From contig NC_043002.1 in the NCBI RefSeq assembly GCF_006345805.1, positions 15,500,001-15,564,000 of the forward strand: DNA of 64,000 bases, written 5' to 3'. This stretch comes from Octopus sinensis. Its lineage: Eukaryota. A program made the translations under genes and the position numbers. Numbering within the stretch: position 1 is the first letter of the stretch; each line of letters starts with the position of its first letter. Below the pieces are notes generated by a model. It did no database searches. It saw only the letters and a program-made list of their open reading frames with translations, and was not told where the DNA came from. This document shows, piece after piece, positions 1 through 12,700 of this stretch.

Positions 1-169
1 AAATATATATAGGGATGGTATTATTAAAATACGATCACAAGTGGTAAGAGAATTATGAGCCGTACAGACAAATTAAAGAAATATATATACATACAATATT
101 AGATACGTACATGTATACATAAGAGTACTAAATGAGTACCTATATCTCTCATGATAGAAGTAAAAAAAT

Positions 170-408
170 ACTTCTGTACCATTAAGGGTTTAGCAAAAAG
201 TTGCTTCACCACATACCGAAAATTTAGAAATACCAGTCAAGACCGACTAATTCCATTAACTAGAAATATAACTCCACTGACAAGAATACGTGTAACTCAC
301 GTAGGCAAACAAGAAGATAAATAACGAAAATAACCAGTCATTTGATTAATCATGTACGCGTTTCGGGATTAGAATTGTAAAATTCACTTCCACTCATCAG
401 CATGAGAG
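170..408 (-). mobile_element. PLE-LTR-like/retrozyme-like fragment containing a hammerhead ribozyme
   Basis: 184-240 (aagggtttagcaaaaagttgcttcaccacataccgaaaatttagaaataccagtcaa) closely matches the terminal segment of the 41-43 kb tandem unit; an HHR lies on the minus strand at 350-405. Confidence 0.65.
350..405 (-). ncRNA. Type I hammerhead ribozyme, canonical core, GUA triplet
   Basis: Minus strand reads TCATG-CTGATGA(400-394)-imperfect 29-nt stem II (G..C closing, GAATT/AATTC inner stem)-GAAA(364-361)-CGCG-TA|CATGA. Helix I TCATG/CATGA is 5 bp; helix III is the palindrome ACGCGT. Confidence 0.75.
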
Positions 409-411
409 TAT

Positions 412-920
412 GCAAATCAAAAGCGGAAAGCAGTACTCACATAGTAAGTAAATGTAGCATGCTGGTACATAAAGAATGCAAAAAAAGACATGACAATCTA
501 AGGAGAGCAACAAACTGGAAGTTATGTAGATAACTAGGATTTGAACATGCTGATAAATGGAAGGAATTCAAGTTATGAGATTTTAACTTTCAGACTGACA
601 GTCTAATAGCAGCTAGAAGGCCTGATTTGGTAGGAGTAGACAAAGAGAATAGAAAGACAAAGAGAATATGAAATGCCATTGAATTGACTTTACAGTCCCA
701 AATGATTAAAAAGGTAATATGAGAAATAGCTGTTGAATTAGAGAGACTAGGGAAACTGCGGATAAAATGTAACTCATCAGTTATAAGTGCACTGGGAACT
801 ATCCCTATAGACATGAGCAGATGGATAGAGGAAATAGGCATAAAATCCAGTTTAGAACAATTGCGGGAAACAGGTTCAATAGTGACAGCTAGGATAATTA
901 GGTTGGTTCTTGGTATCTCA
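412..920 (+). mobile_element. Decayed R4/Dong-type (RLE endonuclease) non-LTR retrotransposon, C-terminal part
   Basis: Translates as ..HIVSKCSMLVHKECKKRHDN..WKLC..GFEHADKW..DFNFQTDSLIAARRPDLV..ALGTIP..TARIIRLVLGI (CCHC tail, RHD, RPD motifs), with stops and a deletion. Confidence 0.8.
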
Positions 921-2259
921 GTTTACTTGTTGTAACCTAATAGAAGGGTTATTCGCATCTAAGGCAACTTGTAGCCAGATGTTACGATGGTTTTGTTTTC
1001 CAACATTCTAATCTGTAGCATGTATATGATAGACAATAATAGTAACGCGTGCTAAACATGTAAAACAAAAATATTTCTCTTATGTATTCCAAAAAGTGAT
1101 GCATTCTTCACTTCAGTTGTTCGAGATTGTTGTCAGTGGGTAGTTTAACTTAATGGTAGAATATTCAGCCATGTCTGACGGGTGCTGGTTCCAGTCACGT
1201 GGTTATTTATTGAGAACTTTTCTTTTCGGTCTTATAAGGGTAATAATACCCACTTGATTTAGTTTTCACGGCTGTAATGCGTTAGAAATCTTCCGTTCAT
1301 CTCTATATAAAAACGATACAAGTTGGACGATTCAATAAAAAAATGAACTTTTTCTTTACATATTTTTGTTGCATCTCTCTCTCTCTCTCTCTCTCGATAT
1401 TTGTTTTCCGTGAAAGTTTGGCGCGCTGTTAGTTGGGGCATTTGAATTATAACGTCGGATGTAATCAATTGAACCACACGCGTATTTATCGTTATGGTAA
1501 AATCTGGCGTGTGATTGAGTGGATTTCATCCAGATAGTTTTGGCTGACGAGCTACAAATGGATTTTTTTGTAAGTAAAATTACATTTAATTCATTAATAG
1601 CGAAACAATTGTCCCAAAATAATCTGTATTTTGTTATTTTTTATTTGCCCTGTCCGTGTGAGCTAACAATCGTACTGACTTTCATGGGAAACATGTATTT
1701 TCGTGGTTGAAACCTTTTGGATTAACTGGTGCTAGAGTGAGCCATATAGTGACCACTCTCTTATATTTTTTATATATATATATATAATATATATATATTA
1801 TATATATATATATATATATTATTATATATATATATATATATATATATGTTACCTATATATGTAGGTATCTCTCTATCTATCTATATTTACACATACATAT
1901 ATGTAAAGAGTGTGTATGCTTTTGATGAAACGTTGAATATTGTACGGATGTCAGAGAAACGTATTGATGAGAGATGACCACTGTCAAAACTCCGTGCAAG
2001 AAAGCTGACAAATGAGTGTAGAATGGAAGGATATGCATATTCCTGAAGGTCCTCTCCTCAACAATAACAGCGGCATTGACAAATGACTTGTCCAGTATTC
2101 ACAAACATTAAAAATCGCACCACATTCTTTTGGGCCATCCCACGAACTATGCGCATTTTTATAGTTCTTTTATTTTTCGATATTAAGATAAACAAATTAC
2201 CATTTTTAATCTAAAATATGCAATCCGTCATTTTCTAGAATTCTCTTCCATATACTGGG

Positions 2260-2720
2260 TAAATTTGCAAAGACCCCTACTTCCAAAATTTACGTGTTCC
2301 TGACGAAAAATACTCCTCCATTACATTTTTGACAACGTCTACAGAATTCATATTCTTTTCGTCCAAATGATTTTGAAGAATGCGGAATAAATAATAAACA
2401 GTTGGGGCAATGTCCCATAAACATGTTGGGTAGGGTATTCCAACTGCTGCAGCCTTTAGAATGTCATCCTCGTTGTATATAGTCTTCAAACCAAAGTTTG
2501 TCATTCTTCTTTCGCTGGTTGAATGACCAAATTCAAGTTTCTTTGCTAGTTCATCAACAGTTACGATGGGATGTTTTTCCACCAGGATTTGCAGGACATT
2601 CTCGTCGAGCTCTTCAAATCTTCCAGGCTCTAGTTTCCGGCTCGGAATTTCTAGAACAGCAATTGAGTCTGGCTTACACTTATTGCCCGAAATCCATATA
2701 CTTCATTAATATTCCTCGTA
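2260..2720 (-). mobile_element. Mariner transposase remnant with internal deletion
   Basis: N-terminal HTH piece (NINEVYG..ISVSQ..KFRAGN.SLED) fused to C-terminal IAPTVYYLFRILQNHLDEKNMNSVDVVKNVMEEYFSS (degenerate YSPDLAP region); ORF 2277-2582. Confidence 0.8.
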
Positions 2721-2734
2721 CGAATTCAATGGGT

Positions 2735-3033
<299 letters not shown>

Positions 3034-3050
3034 ACAAAAAATATATTTAT

Positions 3051-3096
<46 letters not shown>

Positions 3097-3110
3097 CACA
3101 CACACACACA

Positions 3111-3159
<49 letters not shown>

Positions 3160-3934
3160 ATATTACAAAGTAGGAAATTGGGAACAATTTCTGTTTTACT
3201 TCTTCTCTAATACACGAGTTTAATATTCAGATAGAAGTCCCAAAATGGTACGGGCCAGAGAAACATGTAGCGTTTTGTAACCTTCTATAAACGCAGGAAA
3301 CATGCGTAATGCAGAATATATCTTACTAAGCTTATTTTCCGCTCACATATTTTGATATGCAATTATTCTGCAAAAAAAATACATTGAAGATTTTCAACGC
3401 TTATGCATACCTCACTTAAATATAGTATCTTCATATCACTTTGGAATACTAGAATAAGTAGATATACTTCAAGAGGAATATAATAAAAAGTAAAGTATCT
3501 CTCGTGTGTTACAGAGGTAGAATAAAAGTAAAAGAACAAACGAACTGGGAGCTACATTCAGAAAAAAGCTAAATGCAGGCGAACTGGACTAAAATACTTT
3601 GCCCGTAAATTCACTGGTATTCTAATACAATTAAAACTGCAAATATTTATAGCAAGTTTTATTTAGATTATCAAATTCACACACACAGAGACACACACAC
3701 ACACATACATATATATGCACACACATACACACACATGAAGCTAAATATAGAACTTTTTGTCTTCAAAATCTTGGTTCCTTTTCAGATTCCATCGATTAAA
3801 AAATGTAAGCAAACATGCACCTGCGCATGCTCATTTACATACCCACACGATCACACACACACCTACACATGCATATACACATATGATTATGAATATGCAC
3901 ACTATATGTAACTCTATCCACACACTCATATTCA

Positions 3935-4111
3935 CATAATACATACATATATACATACATACATAAATACATATATACATACATACATACATACATACAT
4001 AAATACATATATACATACATACATGTATGTATACATACATACATACACACATACATATATACATGCATGCATGCATACATACATACATACATACATACAT
4101 ACATACATACA

Positions 4112-4142
<31 letters not shown>
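3935..4142. repeat. (TACA)n microsatellite
   Basis: Directly visible. Confidence 0.95.
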
Positions 4143-4144
<2 letters not shown>

Positions 4145-4366
4145 GCTATGCGGCCAATATTTTCAACACACACGTTATTTCAGATTCTTCAAGTTTTTTC
4201 AATTCTGTGAATATACATATATTTATCGATTGCTGATATTTATCAATGGCTTCTGTCATTGTTTTGATAATTCCATTCATTCCAGTCATACATTCTATCA
4301 ATAATTCTATCTTAAAATATATCACGCGAGATTTTTGACGATACGCGTATGCTAGTAAGCCTGTAT

Positions 4367-4411
<45 letters not shown>

Positions 4412-4485
4412 GTGTGTGTGTGTGTGTGTGGTGTGTGTGTGTGTTGTGTGTGTGTGTGTGTGTGTGTGTATGTATATATATACAT

Positions 4486-4533
<48 letters not shown>

Positions 4534-5394
4534 TAACAAAGCCATCACGAAAATGAACGAAATAAAATAAATATTTTATATACTCTTAACATTAACAATG
4601 CATCAACATCGATTAAAATTATTTAGTAATAGATTAAAAATATTTAGCTAAAAGCGATATTCTAACGTATTAAAATGCAATATGAATTGCTTTGCCGCTA
4701 ATCCTAAGTCCTCATTAATACTTACGGGAGAAAATAACATGCTTAGTGACTAAAATTTACAAAACCGTATACATTGTTGCAATAATTGTTAAACATTGAC
4801 ATGTACATATGGGTGGACATTTAGAACCACTTCACCTGGACTTTCTGTTTAGAACTGTTGCCTAGTTATTTTTATGTAACATAATGACCAACTGGTTGAA
4901 CCTCGAAATATCAACATAAACTTCTACAACTGATATGGAAATATTTTTCAACACTCAGTACGAACCGACAGGTAGCAAGCAACAGCAACGACATTAAAGG
5001 AAAGCTGAACGAACCTCCAAATAAATAATATTTCTGATGTTTATATCTTTGCCAGGGGAGTTATAAAAGGATGCGGTACTGAATCCCAAAGAGACTCCCC
5101 TTACACACTACATGGAACTCTGTCACTCTGGATCATAGTGTGCCCTCTCAATTCCTGCTACTATTCTTGTAGAAGCAATCTATATAATTCATTCGGTGAC
5201 GTACAGAAATTATTCTGCAATAAGGAAATATCTATAAACATTAGTTTTATATAATTATATTTATTTTATTGCATTCATAATAGTCAGACACATATTTCAT
5301 CTAAAATAAAGCATTAAAATATTACTATATCATACATCGAAAACACAAATTAAAATATCACACACTTTACAATATAATATTAATTCTTATGTTG

Positions 5395-5900
5395 CATTAC
5401 TATGCTTATTATTCCCATCGCAAAGGCTCTAAGATGGATGCGTTCACATCTTCTTCCATCAATTCCTGTCTCTGCCCGTGTTTATCTATTCAGCAACAAT
5501 CTTTCTGTCCATATTTTGACTTCAGTCTTGACCTTCCCCGTTTCCCATTGGCCTTTCAATTATATTTGTGCTCAGATTCTTGGCTCTGATGATGTACCAA
5601 AAATGTTGCTGCTTTCCCTCATATCTGCGAAAACTTCTCTTAATCTCCCACCATTTCCACATGTACTGACACGTTTGATCGATGGTCAATCCAACAAATT
5701 ACCTCTAATATTCGACAGCACGGTGTTTCAAATGCTTTTATTTCTCAACCTCGTTCGCTTCTGTGGTCCAGATTCCGCATCCATACATTGCAACTTCTTA
5801 AATTAATATATCCCACCGGCTCCCAAACAAACAGTATAGTGTCGATGATCTTGTTAAGAACTCGGTTCGTCCAGATCGTATTGAGTGACTTTTTAAGAAT
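5395..5900 (-). mobile_element. Decayed RTE-clade LINE, C-terminal RT region
   Basis: Minus strand across frameshifts gives YGC(E)SWTTEANEVEKIKAFETPCCRILEVICWIDH..N..FFGYIIRAKNL..GR, typical of the RTE/BovB C-terminus. Confidence 0.65.
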
Positions 5901-6165
5901 GCTCTTTTGCCTGGTTTCGTGAGTGATTTCATGGCTTCAATCTCCGAAATGCTCTATGGTAGCACTCGGAAACATGAACTCGGTGATCTAGGTAGTACTT
6001 AGCTATTAGTTGTTTAGTGTCTTTGCACATTCAGTTGTATAGAAAAGAGAAAATTTAGCTACATGTAATCACATTATTAGATAATTCTTGTCTAATAAGG
6101 TGGTTTATTACCTTATAACTACTTCCCAATGACACCACAATATCTGTGAACTAACAACAGTACGG

Positions 6166-6212
<47 letters not shown>

Positions 6213-6329
6213 TATATATATATATATATAATATATATATATATATATGTGTGTGAGTGTGTGTGTGTGTGTGTGGTGTGTGTGTGTGTGTGTGTGTGGT
6301 GTGTGTGTGTGTGTGTGTGTGTCCTTGGC

Positions 6330-6502
6330 GATTCTCTTTCTCCGTCTTCCCTTCTTTGGACCTTTCCTCTTTTATATTCTGACAAAGAGTTCTGCTCGGA
6401 ACGTTAAATCCTCCTACTTCCCTTTCCTGAGCGTCCAATAACACTATACTTGTTCCACGTCCTCGCGTGGTTGTGTTTTCTCTTTGTTCATGTTTGGATT
6501 AA

Positions 6503-6505
<3 letters not shown>
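6330..6505 (+). mobile_element. PLE terminal fragment with degenerate minimal hammerhead
   Basis: 6379-6405 CTGACAA-A-GAG-ttctg-CTC-GGAA-CG-TT (G8A and A13G lesions); ends at an (AT)n run. Confidence 0.5.
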
Positions 6506-6534
<29 letters not shown>

Positions 6535-6536
6535 GA

Positions 6537-6916
6537 TTATTCTTTAATTTGTTTGAGTTATTTGATTCCGACTATGCTGGAACACCAGCTTTAGTCGAAT
6601 AAATCGACCCCAGGGCGTATTCTTTGTAAGTCTAGAACTTATTCTATCATAACTTTTACGGAGGCGTAAACACAGCGGCTTCGGTTGTCAAAATATGGTG
6701 GGGGCAGAAATACTGACACACAAACACGCCCACACCCACACTTACATATATATGAAGAGCTTCCTTCACTTTCCATCTATGAAATCAACTCACAAGGTTT
6801 TGGTCGGCCTGAGGCTATAACAGAATACACTTGCTCAAGGTAACACGCAGTGGGACTGAACCCGGATCCATCTGGTTTGTAAGCAATCTACTTACTACAA
6901 AGCGACTCCTGCGCCT
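6537..6916 (-). mobile_element. tRNA-derived SINE family A (octopus CORE-like SINE), diverged full-length copy
   Basis: Reverse complement aligns end to end with the copy at 26985-27389. Confidence 0.85.
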
Positions 6917-8394
6917 ATTTATATGTATATGTATATGTGTGTGTGTGTGTGTAGAAGAAGAAAGAGAAGGAGGAGATGATGACGATGACGATATTGATGA
7001 TGATGATGATGATGACGACGACGACCAAGAGGATGTGGATGAGGATGACGACGTCGACGATGATGAAATTTCCCCGGTTAGACGCTAGTATGTATTGCTA
7101 GTAGAAGACTTTTGTGTAAAGACGCTGCACGGATTAAGTCATGCGTTACTGAATGAAAACAACAACCGTCAATAAATAATGAACTTAAATCCGTCCACAT
7201 GATATCACAGAGAAATATATTTGAGACAAGGGAACAGGAAAACAAAATCATAGTGACAAAAGGATTGATATTGAAACCAGCTGCGATAACAAAGCAAATA
7301 TTGATTGAGAATATAGAAGAGAAACACAATGGATGAATATACACGAAAGAAAATACTGCTGAATGACATGTCGATGTTGATTCCATAGTAATTGTTATGA
7401 GAGGTACTTGAAAATGGCACTTGAATTATCGTTAAAAATGCTTCAGTTTTAATTCATTAACAGACACAATAAAATATTCTGAAGCTACTTTTACGCTCAG
7501 TAGAGTGATCTTACTTCTTCCGTTTTCAGCCATATAAATGCAGTGTCAAGAATTCCATATTTGGCTTGTAAGAATTTATGTGAATGGATTTTGATTACTG
7601 CTGTAAACTAAGGAAAAAATTACTAATACAATTTTCGTCTCATACTGCCATATATTCCATTCTTTAGATAAATATATGAGATGACATATGAATGAAATGC
7701 TAGATTATTAATGTTTCTGAATAAACGGATTCAACAATTCAAAAGTAAATTTCAACATTAAATGCAATATATATGAATATCAATATAAAGTCATGTATAT
7801 CCAACTGGATATACGACATAAGTATATAATGACGTCATAACTTAATAAAAGACAGATGTTGATCGGAGAGTCTCAGCTCAGAAAATATTAAGAAAAGCAA
7901 AGAAACACATACACTCGCACATGATTTAACACACTCTCATATTTGCATTATTTCTCTGTATATGTGTGTATATAAGTATGTGTGTGTGTGTGATTTTGTG
8001 TCTCTGTGTGTCTGTGTGTACTTGTGTGAGTATGTCGCTGCCCCATTTCTGCCCTGGTATCAACAGTGATTATAATTTTCAACGTTACCACCTTGCGCTT
8101 TTACTTAAATAGTTACATCATTCCAATTCATTGTCATAGCAACATTTAAACCCATTGCATCCTGTTTTATATATAGACATGGCTATACTGTTCTTCCTCT
8201 TCCTACAGTGTTTATCCCTTGCACCGTCAATCATTCTAAATATGTCTGAAGATTTTTTAAGAAAATGTTTTGACGTATTTATAAGTAAATTGATAGAGAC
8301 GCTTCAGAAATTGCTGCTATGTTTGAGTTTCTGATACACACAGACATACAGACACACACAAACACACACACACATATATACATATATTCATATC

Positions 8395-8620
8395 TTTATT
8401 CTCTTTCATGTGTTTCAGTCATTTGATTAGGGCCATGTTGGGGCATTGTTTTGAAGAATTTTTTGTCGAATAAATCGAACCCAAGTACCGTTATTTATTA
8501 AGCGTAGGACATATTCTAACAGTCCCTATTACCGAATTCCTGTGTTATGGGGATACAAACACACGCCAGCACCGGTTGTTGAGCAATGGTGAGAGAAAAC
8601 ACATAAAATGGAAAGACACA
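8395..8620 (-). mobile_element. SINE family A, 3' half
   Basis: tttcagtcatttgattagggccatgttggggca.. is the reverse complement of the family tail. Confidence 0.7.
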
Positions 8621-8623
8621 CAA

Positions 8624-8664
<41 letters not shown>

Positions 8665-8679
8665 CATCTATCTATCTAA

Positions 8680-8777
<98 letters not shown>

Positions 8778-8809
8778 CATACATATATATATATATATCT
8801 ATATATATA

Positions 8810-8847
<38 letters not shown>

Positions 8848-9090
8848 TATATTATATATATATATATATAAGTAGTTGAATGAATTATCTTAGTATGGAT
8901 AATTCGGTTAACCGATACCTGGGTAGAAAATTCACATCAGAAAAACACGGTTGAAGCTACATGCCAAGGGCAAAGATCACGTGCTTTCGTGTGGAAATTT
9001 GTGTGTTTTTTTTTAAATATCGCTATGGACTCCGTGTGGGCAGCCATCTAAGAGTTTTTGTTCATCTTGATGCTGACAGAAGTTCCTTGT

Positions 9091-9173
9091 TTTTCCTGAT
9101 GAGAAGGCGGCATAATGCACCCCTTATTCCTTCGAAATTAGGAATATGCAGCCTTCGAAACATATGTCGAGAA
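9091..9173 (+). ncRNA. Type I hammerhead ribozyme, canonical core, extended stem II, GUC triplet
   Basis: TTTTC-CTGATGA(9096-9102)-GAAGGC g GCATA..TATGC a GCCTTC-GAAA(9157-9160)-CATATG-TC|GAGAA. Helix III is the palindrome ACATATGT; helix I is 5 bp with one G-U; predicted cleavage after 9168. Lies in a PLE-like terminal remnant (~8870-9225) between (AT)n runs. Confidence 0.85.
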
Positions 9174-9217
9174 TAAAAGAATTTTGTAAATCGTCGTTCA
9201 ACTCCATTTTTCTTTCT

Positions 9218-9269
<52 letters not shown>

Positions 9270-10612
9270 TATATATATATTACATACATATATATATATA
9301 TGTGCTTAGATATACTCACCCTCCTTTCTTTGCCGTCTATTTTCCCACTCCCTGATATCTTTCATTCATTCTCCCTTCTCCTCACTCCATTTCTTTCCCT
9401 CAACATCTTTTTTGTCCCCCCCCCTCTGCCTGTTTGCTCCCACGTGAATACAGGCCATTTCTTTCAAATGTGTCTTTTCTGGCGGTGACATCCATTTAGG
9501 TGTACTTCATGCTTATCGCCACCCGACATTTTTTTCCTCCATTATTTTCTTCTCTTTCCCCTATCTCTCCTCTTCTATTTATTCTCTAGCCATTCAAACT
9601 TTTTTCTCAGGCGTTACTCTTTACAATGCGTTTTGGCTTAAAAGCAATTAATGTTTGTCTTCGTCGATTGTTTTCTCTGTGCGTCCACTCTGTCGTTATT
9701 TGTTCGTTCGACGCTCTCACTTTCCACAAATTCTATATTTTAAATACTTTTGGATGTTTCTGATTTATGAAAACTTCCTATGTTGTCGTTGAAAGCCCGA
9801 AACACGGAGTAATTAACATCGACAACTGAGGAGGCGATCAGAGTTTTTTTACTATTTTGTCCCGCACTTGTCTCTCATTATGTGGTCACAGATTTGTCAA
9901 TCGTTTGTGACGTCCTGTACTTGATGCATTTGGTATATATACATACCTATGTATATATATATATATATATATATATCATATTCATATACTATATGTGTGT
10001 GTATAAATATATACTTATTATGTATATATATATATATAAAAATATATATATATATATATATAAATATATAAATATAATATATATATATATATATATAATA
10101 TATATATATATTATATATATATATATATAATATATATATATACGGGTTTCTCTCAGCTTCCGTCTACCACGTCCACTTATGCCACTTCTGTTAGCCCGAG
10201 TCTATAGTAGAAGAAACCTACGCAAAATTTTACGCTCTAGGCCTAAATGTAACATATTCTCCTTATATTCACGCTTCTTAGATATAAATCAAGCTTGAAT
10301 TTGGCGGTATGAGTAAGACAGCAAAAAATGGCCGTTGCCTTTCCTATTAGCTTCCTGAATCATGTGCAATTGTATAGAACACTTAATTGCTCTCTGGTTG
10401 GAGATCTTAAATCTTTTATTGATTTTCATTAGCCTTCTGCTTTGATATTGCGGAATTTAGTTGTCAATGGTCGATTCTGATTTTGTTGTTTGTAGGGATC
10501 TTGTATGCAGGTGTGCATTGATTTGGTTATGAAATAGTTGCAACAAATACAGCTGTCATTTTCTAATTTTGCAATACTGCAAAACAGTTGGTGTTCAACA
10601 ATCAAAACATCT

Positions 10613-11030
10613 ATCCTTAAATCCTTAAATCCTTAAAAATGTTTTAGCCCGGAGGCCGCGGCCATGCTGGGGCGCCACCGCTGAATGAGCTACACTAATA
10701 TGTGAATCCACCTCTGATACGTGGCACTTGATCAACAAGGGAGTTCGACGCTGCTGCCCGCATGTGGGTCTCCTGTCGTTTGGTAGGTTCATCTCGGACT
10801 CCCGACATGAAGAGATCCAGTTTAGTTTTAAAGAAACCCACATCCACACCATGTAAGTCTCTCAGGCATTTAGGGAGGATGTTAAAGAGCTGTGGTCCTC
10901 TGAAACCCAAGCTGTTGCAGTATCTGGACCTGTATTTTGAGGGTGATGCTGGAATCTTTGGCACCATGCAGTGGCGCTCCGTTCTGCGGTTGGGGTAACT
11001 TTGAATGCCAAAGTTTCTATATACATTTTT
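10613..11030 (-). mobile_element. CR1/L2-like LINE 3' end with intact tail
   Basis: ORF 10695-11147 segment RTERHCMVPKIP..KYRSRYCNSLGFRGPQLFNILPKCLRDLHGVDVGFFKTKLDLFMSGVRDEP; 3' stem-loop and a 3-copy (TTAAGGAT)-type tail at 10613-10636. Confidence 0.8.
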
Positions 11031-11360
11031 AATAAAGGAGGCTAACATTATGTTTCGTAGCCTCTTCATAACGCTACTCATGCAACTGTTATACGATCCT
11101 AAACCAATATACAGGTAGCAGACACGTGGTACCGGGTGCAGTATCAATTCAAATAGGTTTGGTCTTCTACATTTCTGTTGTTCATATTTTTGTTTTTGGC
11201 TTTTGGTAACTTGTTAATGTCACTTTTATAACCATGTCTGGTACCAGTAATAACCATTAAAACGTTGGATTATTATAACGCCCACTTCGGTATACAGGAT
11301 ACTTAGTAAAACCAGTAAAAACACGACCGCCTTATGTGTATTCTCTTTGCCTATATTAGT

Positions 11361-11758
11361 TACTCTTTTACATGTTTCAGTCATTTGACTGCGGCCATGC
11401 TGGAGCACCGCCTTTAATCGAGCAACTCAACCCCGGGACTTATTCTTTTGTAAGCCCAGTACTTATTCTATCGGTCTCTCTTTGCCGAACCGCTAAGTAA
11501 CGGGGACATAAACACACCAGCATCGGTTGTCAAGCAATGCTAGGGGGACAAACACAGACACACAAACACATACACACATATATATAAATATATACGACGG
11601 GCTTCTTTCAGTTTCCGTCTACCAAATCTACTCACAAGACTTTGGTCAGCCCGAGGCTATAGTAGAAGACACATGCCCAAGGTGCCACGCAGTGGGACTG
11701 AACCCGGAACCATGTGGTTGGTAAACAAGCTACTTACCACACAGCCAGTCCTGCGCCT
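11361..11758 (-). mobile_element. SINE family A, young full-length copy
   Basis: Head GGCGCAGGACTGGCTGTGTGGTAAG..GGTTCAGTCCC (A/B boxes), CCTTGGGCA core-like segment, internal microsatellite and tail GACTGAAACATGTAAAAGAGTA. Confidence 0.92.
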
Positions 11759-12169
11759 GTGTATATTAGGTTATATCATTAATCACATGGGAGGTGTGTA
11801 CCATTATTACTAATTCCCTACATCACCTGACTTTAATGGTTTGTTAGGAAGTGTCATTTATTTAGCAAAACGTTTCTTTATTCACCCCAACTCCTTTATT
11901 GAGATTTTTTGGTACAGTTTAATATTTTTCTCTTGACATCTATTTTCAGGAACACTGCGTGTTGTTTTTCCTCTCACTAGTACGCCTGGTTTCAAACTAT
12001 TGCGATGACATTGGTACTTGGAATGTATCGTATAACCATTCCTTCAGTTCCTCGAACTTTTGGTTCGCTTCCCATGAATCTCCCTTACAGTTGGTTCCTG
12101 TGTCTCTTTTGTATGTTTTTTTTAAAAACATTTTAACTAATACATTATTTTGCCTATGCATTCGGTAAA

Positions 12170-12700
12170 AACGCCATTTCCCAACTCTCCTTTCCATAGT
12201 TGTATGTCCTCATATACACCTTTTGAGCAACTTTAAATAATCTTGGTATGTCTTCCCTGGTACTTCTTATTTTCTTGTCAGGTACCAATTTACCAAAAAC
12301 TGGGTTCCTTTCCTTGCAATCAGCTCCGCTGGTGAGATACTTGCTGGTGTATTCATATTTGGTGTCACACGGTACACTTTTAAAACTTGTGGTAGTGCTA
12401 CTTCAACCGTGATTTCCTTATTCGATTTTCTAAGGGCTCTTTTGAATCTAGTGACAAAGCGTTCTGCCTGTTGATGACATCTGAGATTGTATAGCGCAGT
12501 AGTTTTCTGTCCAACTGCGAATTTTTAAAATTCGCTAGACACAAATTTTGTTCCATTATGCGACACTGTCTTTTCTGGGATCCAAATATTGCAAACCATT
12601 CTTGTAGAACATTTATCAGAGTTGGGGAAGCTGGTTTTATTTACATTAGCCAATTTCTGGCCATTCGCAGAAACAACCGGAAACATCCAATTTGGGAATT
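12170..12700 (-). mobile_element. Gypsy/Ty3 LTR-retrotransposon integrase (rve) remnant
   Basis: Across frameshifts: ..IPEKTVSHNGTKFVSSEF..QAERFVTRFKRALRKSNKE..VYRVTPN..SISPAEL, matching the degenerate DNG..F / AER / SPAEL integrase motifs. Confidence 0.75.

Noticed and set aside
1534-1569. 36-nt segment between CAG and GTAAGT (IVLADELQMDFF) as an exon
   Set aside because: Too short, with a weak acceptor context and no recognisable protein; cannot be supported without transcripts.
3831-4304. MYVC/HTYI-repeat ORFs and the many YIYI/CVCV ORFs across the window
   Set aside because: Di- and tetranucleotide microsatellite translations.
5586-5610. CTGATGA matches inside LINE/mariner remnants (also 775, 37621, 58622, 62716)
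   Set aside because: No downstream stem II or GAAA; chance heptamers.
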